DNA of 64,000 bases, taken from an uncultured delta proteobacterium (GTDB taxonomy: Bacteria; Desulfobacterota; Desulfomonilia; Desulfomonilales; Desulfomonilaceae). Below, one piece after another: positions 21,310-30,799 of this stretch. Both the position numbers and the translations under genes were made by a program. Each line of letters begins with the position of its first letter. Position 1 is the first letter of the stretch. The notes under the pieces were generated by a model. It saw only the letters and a program-made list of their open reading frames with translations, searched no databases and was not told the origin of the DNA. Where the stretch lies: the NCBI GenBank assembly GCA_963789265.1, contig CAWBKB010000003.1, positions 416,001-480,000 on the forward strand, read 5' to 3'.

Positions 21310-22440
21310 TTATCGCAAGGCGCGGTCGTGGAATACCAGAAGTTCTAATGCGCCGGGTCCCTGGTTGAAAATGTAGTCGTGGGGGCCGGTAAGCTTGAGA
21401 TATCGATGTGGTATCGAGAATTCGCTCAGAAGTTCATGCATTTTCTCTACTGAAGAAGCCATAGGATCGTGATCGCTGGTCACCAACTGAATGGATCGCT
21501 TTCTGAGTATCTCATGATGCCTTTTGACGAAGTGTCGGTAGATATCGAAGTACGGCCCGAATGCACCTTGAATTGCCCCGATGCTGTAGAAGACTTCAGG
21601 ATACTTGAGGCCGTAATACATGGATCGAGATCCCCCCATCGAGACACCATCAACTCCGATCCGATTGCCGGCCACGCGGTAGCGGCTTTTGAGGACCGGG
21701 ACCAGTTCATTCATGATGTATTCTTCATAGTCGGGGTACTCAAGGCCAACCTGTGGAGATAAGAGAGGCGAAGAGGGACAGGCGACTATAATGCCCTCAT
21801 ACGGGCGCTGCTTAAGCCTTCGGTTAAAATCGTTCAAACGACGAGGTGTGATAAGTCCACGAAAGTCGGCGGGAGTGAGTCGGTTATTGGCCAGGGCCTG
21901 AACCGCTTCATCGGTCTTGTAATAAAAGAGCCACGCGAGGGCCCCTTCTCGCGGCGACCTGGCGCATTCGCCCGCGCCGCCGAAAGCGATTACGAGGGGG
22001 TATTTTCTTGCAGTATTCTTTTCATAATCTAGAGGAAGACTCACAACCACAGTGCCCTCAGGGTATTTTTTGGAAGGGACCGTGATGTATTCGGCGGGGA
22101 TTTTATACCCCGGCAGTTTCTCGCAAATCAGTTTCTGGGCTGGCTTTGGATGCGGAAGAGATGCGACGGCGCGGCCCGAATCCGGCCCGCGCATGCCTTC
22201 GTTTTCGCGGTTATTACGAGTCTCGGGTTTTTGCTGAGAGTACTTCGTTGGACCGCGAAGGGTCTGCACGCCACTTTCTTTGATTCCTGCTCCTTTGCTT
22301 CCGTTGGTCTTGTTTAGCATAGGCCCCACAGGAAACGACTTGTTGTCTTGAGACTTTGAGCATGCCACGAGGGCGCAGGTCGTAAGGAGCACCAACAAGA
22401 GGTGCGTCAAACGCACTCTATCGGTAATTTGGTTGAACAT
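21310..22440 (-). CDS. Lipoprotein alpha/beta hydrolase (esterase family), Ser nucleophile
   Basis: Lipobox LVAC; GVSMGG nucleophile elbow; GPHDY catalytic His. Confidence 0.85.
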   Translation of the reverse strand: MFNQITDRVRLTHLLLVLLTTCALVACSKSQDNKSFPVGPMLNKTNGSKGAGIKESGVQTLRGPTKYSQQKPETRNNRENEGMRGPDSGRAVASLPHPKPAQKLICEKLPGYKIPAEYITVPSKKYPEGTVVVSLPLDYEKNTARKYPLVIAFGGAGECARSPREGALAWLFYYKTDEAVQALANNRLTPADFRGLITPRRLNDFNRRLKQRPYEGIIVACPSSPLLSPQVGLEYPDYEEYIMNELVPVLKSRYRVAGNRIGVDGVSMGGSRSMYYGLKYPEVFYSIGAIQGAFGPYFDIYRHFVKRHHEILRKRSIQLVTSDHDPMASSVEKMHELLSEFSIPHRYLKLTGPHDYIFNQGPGALELLVFHDRALR

Positions 22441-22514
22441 AGTGGGTGTTTCCCCAATGTTGGCAAGAGACAACGGAAAGCTCGCTCTGCCGGGCATGCA
22501 AAAGTGCCTCACTC

Positions 22515-23633
22515 TTACCAGAGGCCCGGAAGAGACCCCGTATGCCTACGAGCGGTGGTCGGATTCTCCAGGACTCGCGCAGAACCTGCCTTCGGCGGTT
22601 CGCCTGCCACTTGCTCTCGTGGTGGATATCTATTTATGCCCAGGGCAAGGAGATTCCGCTTGAACTGCTCGGAGAACCAGTATAGCGATTGATGCCCGTT
22701 CGGATATCGGTATGCGCAGTACCCGTGACCGCAGCTTTGAAAAACATGTACGTCCACGGGGAAGCCGGCAGCCTTCATGTCCTGCACCAACTCATATACT
22801 CTTCCCCCGTTGCTGTAAGAGTTGCAACCCTCTTTAACATTAGTGTTGAGGTTGTAAGAGATCCCGCCTGCTCTTCGTATTCTCGCCACATTGCTCCGCC
22901 ACACCTCGTCTACCATGGGATAGCTTCCCAAATCAGTCTGCTGACCTCCGGCATAAGCAAAAATATCGGGTCGCCTTGCGGAAATCATTATAGCTTGGGC
23001 AGCGCCGGCGCAGGCCCCGTCAATCCCTCTGAAAAGGCGATTGGGAACTGTTCGATAGTGGGAATCTATATACGGAATAACCTCACCGATTAGATATTTT
23101 TCGTATTGGGCGGTATTCGATCCTCCGGGATTCCAAACGGAAACTACTATCAGTTCCTCGTAGGGGTCTTCTTTGAGCCATTGGTTAAATTCCCGAAGTT
23201 CTCGGTCCGAGATATTATCCTGGAAATTGGCTTTTGCGAGGTGGCCCGACTTGAGGTCGTCCATTGTCAAGGGAGTCTTGCACCAGACCGACCAGTACGT
23301 TGCCCCCCCCAGTTCGGGGCCGTTGTCCCAGCCGGATTTTCCACCCAGCATATAAACCACTCCATACCGATGTTGGGTGTCTTTCGCGTAGTTCTCGGGC
23401 AGCATCACATGAACCGGAAATGGTCCTGCAACCTCTTTTCCTCCCTTGGCCCTCGCGCTTTTATATATATCAGAATGAATACGAACCACTTCAATGTAGT
23501 GTTTAGTGCGGAGGAATTTCGTGCGCGCTTCGATCTGAGACCATGGTTCTTCGACAGCTCCCAAAACCGGGATTGCGAAGACCACCAGGAAAATTGTGAC
23601 GGCCAGAGTATATCGTGAGATCAATTTGTTCAT
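22515..23633 (-). CDS. Secreted alpha/beta hydrolase (esterase family) with Cys at the nucleophile position
   Basis: Signal peptide; V.LP.NY...RY.VVY; EVIPYIDSHYRT; RGIDGACAGA elbow; GHGY His. Confidence 0.8.
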   Translation of the reverse strand: MNKLISRYTLAVTIFLVVFAIPVLGAVEEPWSQIEARTKFLRTKHYIEVVRIHSDIYKSARAKGGKEVAGPFPVHVMLPENYAKDTQHRYGVVYMLGGKSGWDNGPELGGATYWSVWCKTPLTMDDLKSGHLAKANFQDNISDRELREFNQWLKEDPYEELIVVSVWNPGGSNTAQYEKYLIGEVIPYIDSHYRTVPNRLFRGIDGACAGAAQAIMISARRPDIFAYAGGQQTDLGSYPMVDEVWRSNVARIRRAGGISYNLNTNVKEGCNSYSNGGRVYELVQDMKAAGFPVDVHVFQSCGHGYCAYRYPNGHQSLYWFSEQFKRNLLALGINRYPPREQVAGEPPKAGSARVLENPTTARRHTGSLPGLW

Positions 23634-23731
23634 GATGTCCTCCTGGCGCCCTAAGAGCAAGACCGTCGAGCTGCACTGCCTTGCCGTTCATTGAGAACGA
23701 TTTCAAATTCAACTTCGGCTGTTACAGTACG

Positions 23732-25558
23732 TCATCTGACGGTTATCTCATAAACCTGAACCGGGAAGCCCTGCTGGTCCGCGACGTTAGATGCCTCTGG
23801 ATCCATCAGGACTACGCTGCTGTTCACATTCACTCCACGTAGAGCGCATCGAACGTAGAGCGGGTAAGTCCCGGGACGGCCGGCTCGGACTTGAACATTG
23901 AGGTCATATACCTGAGATTCAGGCCACAGGTCGATCCAACGTTCGGCCATAGGGACTTTTGTTCGAATTTTGTCGGAAGTGACAGACAGCACCGTGCTTC
24001 CCGGGCCGTAAACGCGGCCAGGTTTTGCCGACACGAGTCTTAATCCTGAAGATCCGGGGGTCGAGACTGTGATGCCGCCATAATCCGACTCGGCCCCTTG
24101 ATTCTGGGCTTCCACCCTGACGGTAAAAACTTGACCGGCCTCGACTGTTGAAGGAACCCTCACAGTGATGACCTTGGGCCTGGCCTCTCGCGGCACGGAC
24201 ACTTCGAAGAGGTCAGAGCACCACTTAGCCCCGTCTACCCTGACATCTGCCAAGTATTTTCCCGTCTCGACAGACTGCGATGAGGTCCGGCCGAAGTCCC
24301 TCGGATACATTACCGACAACTCCGAATCCGCGGATACTTGTCCTTTGTACTGAATATTGCCGTCAGGCGTTCGCAGCGAGATTTGGATTTCCCTTGGAAG
24401 GTTGCCCACATTGCTAAACCAAAACTTGAGGCTATTCTTGGTCTGATTTGCGAAGCGCGGTACCTGGGTGACCAGTTCCGGGAAAGACTTGAAAACTCTA
24501 CCGGACAAATGGTTTATCACCAGATCGGGGCCATTCTGGGGACTTGCAGTCACGGTTGGCGGGCTTTGAATCGCAACCTGCTTCCCCGACGACGAAGTCC
24601 CGGGCGCCGGACCAGCGTTCTGCGGTTGACGTGCGCCCTGGGAATCCAATCGCACTTTATCTTGACTGGCGGTCGTAGCACTCTTTTGTCCTCCAGCCTG
24701 CTGTTCCGCAGAGGGCAACGCGTTGTTGGAGGCTGTCTCCAGAGCCGGCCCTAACTTAGGGAGCACTGTCTCGACTATCAGTATCTTTTTGTGATTGCTC
24801 CTGGAACCCCCGAATTCAGACATGAAGCGAGGCATTCCTTGAGGTGTAGCAATATTGATCCGGTGAACATGGCTCCTGCGGGTGGCATGGTAAAGCCATA
24901 CTCCGCCTTTGCCGTCCGGTAGCATTAGCACCACGTGATAGTGGAGGACACGGTACCCGCGCTCGGGCGCTTGCCGACTAATGCTCCCCAGATATATTCG
25001 GCCGAATTGCATCCGAGGCAAAATTTTTCGCCATGCCGCGGAATCGTGAAGATCAAATCCCCGCAAACTCGTCCCATCGGCGCCTTCAATGGGATAATTG
25101 CCGGGTTCCGGCATTATAACCGTACGAGGCCTTCCTTCCGTCAGGTTCAAGATCAGATTCCAACCGAAGTCCCAGTCCTTGCCTAGTGGAGAATCCGGAC
25201 CGCTGTTCCCTAACCGATCCCGGGTAACTTCCTTCAGGCTCCAATTCTTGTCGAATAAGAAACGACAGACTGAAACCACTAAACCGCTGCAGTTAAGCCC
25301 AGGCGTTTCAAAAAACCGGTCCGGCCGGTTAAAAGTGGTGAAATGACCTTGACTGTCGAGAACTCCGTCATCCCGATAACTAATGCCCAGGTGCGTGTTC
25401 GCTATTTCTATGGGGTCGGTCTTGGATGCAATACCACGATCCCACAGACACTCCGGCGCAAAAATCTGGTCCGCTGCTACCGGCCCCGCGCTCAATAATG
25501 CCAAACAGATGAGCCACGTGATCAGGGTATTCAGATTATTTCGGGTAATTTTCACCAA
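23732..25558 (-). CDS. Secreted multidomain protein: NlpC/P60-like N-terminus, Gln/Pro linker, Ig-like C-terminus
   Basis: Signal peptide; GLNCSGLV; HYHVVL...LYHAT; low-complexity linker; beta-rich C-terminal part. Confidence 0.65.
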   Translation of the reverse strand: MVKITRNNLNTLITWLICLALLSAGPVAADQIFAPECLWDRGIASKTDPIEIANTHLGISYRDDGVLDSQGHFTTFNRPDRFFETPGLNCSGLVVSVCRFLFDKNWSLKEVTRDRLGNSGPDSPLGKDWDFGWNLILNLTEGRPRTVIMPEPGNYPIEGADGTSLRGFDLHDSAAWRKILPRMQFGRIYLGSISRQAPERGYRVLHYHVVLMLPDGKGGVWLYHATRRSHVHRINIATPQGMPRFMSEFGGSRSNHKKILIVETVLPKLGPALETASNNALPSAEQQAGGQKSATTASQDKVRLDSQGARQPQNAGPAPGTSSSGKQVAIQSPPTVTASPQNGPDLVINHLSGRVFKSFPELVTQVPRFANQTKNSLKFWFSNVGNLPREIQISLRTPDGNIQYKGQVSADSELSVMYPRDFGRTSSQSVETGKYLADVRVDGAKWCSDLFEVSVPREARPKVITVRVPSTVEAGQVFTVRVEAQNQGAESDYGGITVSTPGSSGLRLVSAKPGRVYGPGSTVLSVTSDKIRTKVPMAERWIDLWPESQVYDLNVQVRAGRPGTYPLYVRCALRGVNVNSSVVLMDPEASNVADQQGFPVQVYEITVR

Positions 25559-25655
25559 GCCTCCGGACTTAGACTTATTTTAGGTATATACCAAGTATTC
25601 CGAGTAAGCGCAAGAGGGCGTTTTTGAGGAAATTGGCCCGAATGCTCCAATAAGG

Positions 25656-26207
25656 TCACCTCACAGAAAAAGTCAATCGTCGGACCAACTTACGGTCGAG
25701 GTAAAGTGCTACCTTCCAGAGTCCCGGTTTGTGGTCGTAAAGATCCTTAATGGAGATGGTGTGAACTCTGGTGGTTCCGGTGGTTTTTCTTTCATCGCCT
25801 TTTTTGGTCTCTCGTTGCAAATCATAGGTCGTTCTTATCTTGCGAAATTCCTGCCCGTCGGGGTCGTACCATATACTTTCAGCAACGTACGTATTGGGCT
25901 CATTTTTAGGGATAAAGAAAAGATTTATGCTTTCATTCATGTTGTGGTCGAAAGATTCTTTGGGGTGGTATGCGGAACCTGCTGTCAAAAACATATCTTT
26001 AACAAGGTAATATTGCTCATCCGCGGCAGCTCTTTCGATCCCCTTCCATCTTCCCAGATTGAACATTCCACAGCCTGTGAAGACGAGAGCAATGGTCGCC
26101 AATGCCAGCAAACGAAACCGTCGATTCACCGACATGAGCCGCCAACCGTTCGGCTCGACTCCTATTTCCCGAACTTCACCGGCGTCCACATCCCGGATTC
26201 CAATCAT
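25656..26207 (-). CDS. Hypothetical lipoprotein
   Basis: FTGC lipobox; WYDPDG and PGLWKV motifs suggest an Ig-like fold; start is 26207 (ATGA overlap) or 26135. Confidence 0.7.
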   Translation of the reverse strand: MIGIRDVDAGEVREIGVEPNGWRLMSVNRRFRLLALATIALVFTGCGMFNLGRWKGIERAAADEQYYLVKDMFLTAGSAYHPKESFDHNMNESINLFFIPKNEPNTYVAESIWYDPDGQEFRKIRTTYDLQRETKKGDERKTTGTTRVHTISIKDLYDHKPGLWKVALYLDRKLVRRLTFSVR

Positions 26208-26659
26208 GAAGCCCTCACGAGAGCTATTTCGTCGCATTCCGGAAATTTTGTGCATCGTATGCAATCGGCCCATATCTTGTGCGGAAGTAGGCCCTTGTCC
26301 ATCACTGCAAAACCCAGCCTCTGGAACAGCTCCGGCCTGTAGGTAAGGACAAACACCTTCTTCACCCCCATCTCTCTGGACTCGTTCAGAAGCGCTTCGA
26401 TAAGCGCAGTGCCGATGCCCTGTCCTTGCCGCTCGGACTGCACGGCCAGTGACCGTATTTCCGCGAGGTCCTCCCACACGATCTGAAGAGCGCCGCAGCC
26501 GACTATCTCTCCTGAGCGCTGGTCTTCGCTTACCATGAAATCCTTCACTTGGGAATAAAGTTCGCTGAGGGCTCTGGCCAGGATATGTCCCGATTGAGCC
26601 TGTTCGGCTATAAGACGGTGCATGAGTTTCACATCGCGCAATGTGGCCCTACGGATCAC
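26204..26659 (-). CDS. GNAT N-acetyltransferase, short ArgA-like (amino-acid N-acetyltransferase)
   Basis: WEDLAEIRSLAV, QGQGIG, VFVLTY and LPHKIWADCIRCTKFPECDE motifs. Confidence 0.9.
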   Translation of the reverse strand: MIRRATLRDVKLMHRLIAEQAQSGHILARALSELYSQVKDFMVSEDQRSGEIVGCGALQIVWEDLAEIRSLAVQSERQGQGIGTALIEALLNESREMGVKKVFVLTYRPELFQRLGFAVMDKGLLPHKIWADCIRCTKFPECDEIALVRAS

Positions 26660-28335
26660 CCTGAAGCCTCCGCAGAGCCCACTTCCATTAAACGCTGAAC
26701 ATGCTCTCTAACCGATGCTGAATCCGGGCTGGCGCCCAACATACGGGCTAGTTCCACGATGCGGGCGTCTCGATCCAGCGCGGTTACGCCTACGTGAGTG
26801 CGGCCGTCCTGCTCATACTTATGAACAGATAGATGATGGTCGGCGAGAGCCGCGATCTGATGCAGATGGGTGACGCAAAGCACCTGCTGACGCTGGGCTA
26901 CTCGGGCTAACCTTGTCCCAACTGCAAAGGCGGTATGGCCGCCAATTCCCGAGTCTACCTCATCGAAGATCACCGTGGAGGAGCCGCGGCCGTCAACCTG
27001 AAGAGCTTTCACTGCCAGCATAATTCTTGAGAGTTCTCCTCCCGAAGCAACGCGACTTAAAGGCCGCGGCGCCTCACCGGGATTGGATGCCAGGAAGAAT
27101 TCCACTTTTTCCAGGCCGCCGGGCGATCCTTTATCTTCTTGAAGTTCCCGGAAAGACACCTCAAAAAGCGCGTTGGGCATGGCCAGATCTTTTAGTTCCT
27201 TTTTCATCGCTGCTTGAAGCTCTCCGGCTGCCCGCCTCCTGGCAAACGAAAGATCCCGAGCAGCGTGGAGGTACTTTTCCCGGTATTCGGCGACCCTGCC
27301 CGTTAATTTCTTAGCCTCCGCCCGTGCCTCCAGGATGTCTCCCGACTCCTCGGATAAAGTATCAAGCAGATGAATCAGGCCCGATAGGTCTTCACCGTAC
27401 TTTCTCTTGAGACGTCTCACCAGAGCCAGCCGTTCCTCGATCTGTTCGAGGCGCTTGGGATCGCTGTGGCTCATTTCAGCGACACTTCTCAGTTCGAGAG
27501 CAACGTCTTCGATGCGGTAAACAGCCTCTTCAAAACTTGCTCGCAGCTCGGCCAACTTGGGATTGGTTGAAGCAAGAAATTCCAGCGATCTCTTTACTTC
27601 GGCAAAGCCTTCCATCAGACTGCCACTTCTTGAATAAAGGGCCTGGTGCGCTTCAAAGGCCTTCTCACGAATTTGGACCGCCTTTTTCAGCACTTCTCGC
27701 TCCTGAACGAGTTCGTCCTCTTCTCCTTCCCTTAAAGAGGCGGCAGACAGTTCTTCGATTGCGGCAGCGTTTTCGCGTCCGCGACGTTCCAGTCCTTCTC
27801 TCCTTTTCTCAGTCTCGGACATCTCCTTTATTGTTTTTGTCCACCGGGCAAAGATTCCTGCCGTCTCGCGCTTAGCCCCTTCTAATTCCCCGAATCGGTC
27901 CAGGATCTCCACATGTTCTTCAGGGTCAAGCAGAACCTGGTGCTCATGTTGGCCGAAGATGCTTATGAGAGACCGGCCTATTTTTTGGAGCATCGCCACA
28001 CTTGCGAGATCGCCGTTTATAAAACACCTGGACTTGCCTGTACGTGAAACTCTTCTCGAAAGGATGAGCTCTTCCGACTGAGACAAGCCGCTTCCAAGCT
28101 CGATAGGCAATGTCATCCCTTCGGGAATTTCAAACAGCCCTTCAACCTGAGCCTCTTCTTCGCCGGTACGGATGATGTCGGATGAACTGCGAGACCCAAG
28201 AAGAAGATTCAGCGCGCCAATGAGAATCGACTTGCCCGCGCCTGTCTCGCCGGTGAGTACATTGAATCCTTCGCGGAATTCAACCTCGACTTTGTCAATT
28301 ATTGCGAGGCCTGATATTTTGAGATACTTCAGCAT
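26656..28335 (-). CDS. recN: DNA repair protein RecN
   Basis: TGETGAGKS, GQHEH, NPGE...ASGGELSR, FDEVDSG and VTHL.QIA motifs. Confidence 0.98.
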   Translation of the reverse strand: MLKYLKISGLAIIDKVEVEFREGFNVLTGETGAGKSILIGALNLLLGSRSSSDIIRTGEEEAQVEGLFEIPEGMTLPIELGSGLSQSEELILSRRVSRTGKSRCFINGDLASVAMLQKIGRSLISIFGQHEHQVLLDPEEHVEILDRFGELEGAKRETAGIFARWTKTIKEMSETEKRREGLERRGRENAAAIEELSAASLREGEEDELVQEREVLKKAVQIREKAFEAHQALYSRSGSLMEGFAEVKRSLEFLASTNPKLAELRASFEEAVYRIEDVALELRSVAEMSHSDPKRLEQIEERLALVRRLKRKYGEDLSGLIHLLDTLSEESGDILEARAEAKKLTGRVAEYREKYLHAARDLSFARRRAAGELQAAMKKELKDLAMPNALFEVSFRELQEDKGSPGGLEKVEFFLASNPGEAPRPLSRVASGGELSRIMLAVKALQVDGRGSSTVIFDEVDSGIGGHTAFAVGTRLARVAQRQQVLCVTHLHQIAALADHHLSVHKYEQDGRTHVGVTALDRDARIVELARMLGASPDSASVREHVQRLMEVGSAEASG

Positions 28336-28497
28336 CGAAGTCGTTTGACCACCGAGGTCGCATAGCAACTTAGTACACGACCAAGCGTTAGGATATGACG
28401 CTCAGACCGAATTTTCAAGTGAAGCACGCTGTTAATCGTGATGCATTAATCCAATCGGGCAAGCGCGGCGTGAAACGCCCAAAATCCGGGCAGTCGG

Positions 28498-29331
28498 TCA
28501 TATCAAGTCCAGCTTCTCCTTTAAAACATCGAAATAGTCCCTGGCCGTGGATTTGACCATAATAAATGGGAAGGGCGCCCGAGCTATTCGAATATATTGC
28601 CCCTCTTCCAGAGCCACCGACGTGTGTCCGTCGAGGGTCAGAGTCAAATCCTTTCCTTTCTTCATGACTAGTTCCGTCTCAAGGTGAGGAGGAATCAATA
28701 GGGGCCTCTTGAGGCCCGCGTACGGACATATAGGGGTAAGTAGAATCCCCTCGATTTCGGGATGCACCAGCGGACCGTTGGCCGCGTACGAGTATGCGCT
28801 GGATCCGACAGGAGTGGATACAATGAGGCCGTCTGCTCGAAGCTCGATTTCCCGGGCGTGGCCCATTCTGACTCCCAGGTCGATCAGGCGAGCGATCCCT
28901 CCCCAATGGATTACCACATCGTTAAGGACTCTCTTAGTCTTTCCGTCAGGGAGAGTGATCTGCAGGAGCATTCTTTTCACAAACTCGGCCGTGCCTGCCA
29001 TTACTGATTCTAGTTCTGCAATCGCTTCTGCAGGAGACACTTCTGCCATAAACCCTACGCGTCCCAGATTTATGCCGAGAACAGGCATGGATTTGGAATT
29101 GAGCAGCGCAGCGGCCCTGAGAATAGTGCCGTCCCCTCCGAGGACAACCAGAAGGTCTACTTCGTCTGTAAGCCTGTCGCTGGCTTTTGCATTCCACTTA
29201 TCAGCCAACTCGCCACAAGAGAGTTCGAGCAGGACTTCCTTTCCGGACTTCTGTAAGAAGCTGACAATTTTTTCACCAAGCAGGAGCGCCCTATCTTCCG
29301 AGCGCTTCAGAACCAACCCTATACGTTGCAT
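28498..29331 (-). CDS. nadK: NAD+ kinase
   Basis: GGDGT, GINLGRVGF, LND and ADGLIVSTP.GS.AY motifs; adjacent to recN. Confidence 0.96.
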   Translation of the reverse strand: MQRIGLVLKRSEDRALLLGEKIVSFLQKSGKEVLLELSCGELADKWNAKASDRLTDEVDLLVVLGGDGTILRAAALLNSKSMPVLGINLGRVGFMAEVSPAEAIAELESVMAGTAEFVKRMLLQITLPDGKTKRVLNDVVIHWGGIARLIDLGVRMGHAREIELRADGLIVSTPVGSSAYSYAANGPLVHPEIEGILLTPICPYAGLKRPLLIPPHLETELVMKKGKDLTLTLDGHTSVALEEGQYIRIARAPFPFIMVKSTARDYFDVLKEKLDLI

Positions 29332-29474
29332 TCAATCCTCGATAATTCGATCAGGGTGAGATTGCCGCATTAAGTACCACGAACCCAGGTGAAAATCCAG
29401 GGAAATGGGCCGGCAGGCCGAAAATGAACCGAATGTCCCTTGCTCGGGGGCTCGGATTGAGATACTTTTAGCCT

Positions 29475-30785
29475 ATGGATTTATTCAAGAACGCAATTAC
29501 AACCGTTTCAGAGGGGCCGCTTGCGGACAGAATGCGTCCTGACGACCTTGCCGATTTCGTGGGCCAAGATGCCTTACTTGGATCGGGGAAGATACTCAGA
29601 CGGGCAATAGAGGAAGACCGTCTCTTCTCTATGCTCTTCTGGGGTCCACCGGGGTCCGGGAAGACTACACTTGCCAAGATTATCGCCGGTAAATCTCAAT
29701 CCCGCTTCGTTCCTTATTCTGCTGTGACGGCAGGTGTCAAGGACATAAAGGAGGTTGCGACCAGAGCCAAGGAAGATCTTGAGCATTCCGGAGTCAGGAC
29801 CATTCTTTTTCTCGATGAAATTCACCGGTTCAACAAGGGGCAACAGGACTATTTGCTCCCTCACGTTGAACATGGGACTCTCATTCTTATTGGCGCCACA
29901 ACCGAAAACCCGAGCTTTGAAGTCAATTCGGCGCTTTTGTCGAGGCTGAGAGTATTTGTGCTCCAGTCCCTTCCTCCCGAGGCTGTAACGGCAATACTAG
30001 ACCGTGCCTTGAAAGATCCTGAGCGTGGTCTGGGAAAGCTGGAAGTGGATTGCGAATCGACTGCTGTTGATTTAATTGTCTCGCTGGCGGGTGGCGACGC
30101 AAGATCTGCTCTCAACATCCTGGAGTTGGCTGCTCTGGAGGCGCAAAAGAACCCCGGCCGAAGGATCGACTCGGACATAGTCCAGGAAGCGGCTCAAAAA
30201 CGTAGCCTCTTGTACGACAAAGCCGGCGAAGAACATTACAATCTGATCAGTGCACTGCACAAGTCCCTGAGAGATAGCGACCCGGACGCGGGCCTTTACT
30301 GGATGGGCCGGATGATCGAGGGAGGCGAAGATCCACTGTACATCGCGCGGCGCCTGGTGCGCTTTGCCAGCGAAGACGTGGGATTGGCCTCGCCCCGGGC
30401 TCTGGAACAGGCCGTGGCCGCGTTTCAGGCGTGCCGCTTTATCGGGCTCCCGGAGTGTGTGCTCGCTCTTGCGCAGGCTGTGGTGTTTCTCGCCACCGCA
30501 CCGAAATCCAACTCTCTGGAGGCCGCGTACATTGCGGTAAAGGAGGAAATAGCCAAATCAGGCCATCTTCCGGTTCCTTTGCACCTCCGCAACGCGCCCA
30601 CACGCTTGATGAAGCAGTTGGGCTACGGCAAAGGATATCGTTATGCCCACGATTATCCCGGCGCGAAAGTGGAACAGAAACATCTGCCTGAGCCCATACG
30701 GGGAAAACGTTTTTACCATCCCACTGGCAGAGGCTTTGAACAGACAATTAGAGAGCGGATGAATAATGAAGAGTCGGACAAGTAG
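29475..30785 (+). CDS. rarA: Replication-associated recombination protein A
   Basis: PLADRMRP, WGPPGSGKTT, DEIHRFNK, ATTENPSF, SALHKS, ASEDVG and HLRNAPT motifs. Confidence 0.97.
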   Translation: MDLFKNAITTVSEGPLADRMRPDDLADFVGQDALLGSGKILRRAIEEDRLFSMLFWGPPGSGKTTLAKIIAGKSQSRFVPYSAVTAGVKDIKEVATRAKEDLEHSGVRTILFLDEIHRFNKGQQDYLLPHVEHGTLILIGATTENPSFEVNSALLSRLRVFVLQSLPPEAVTAILDRALKDPERGLGKLEVDCESTAVDLIVSLAGGDARSALNILELAALEAQKNPGRRIDSDIVQEAAQKRSLLYDKAGEEHYNLISALHKSLRDSDPDAGLYWMGRMIEGGEDPLYIARRLVRFASEDVGLASPRALEQAVAAFQACRFIGLPECVLALAQAVVFLATAPKSNSLEAAYIAVKEEIAKSGHLPVPLHLRNAPTRLMKQLGYGKGYRYAHDYPGAKVEQKHLPEPIRGKRFYHPTGRGFEQTIRERMNNEESDK

Positions 30786-30799
30786 CTCTCATGTGCAGG

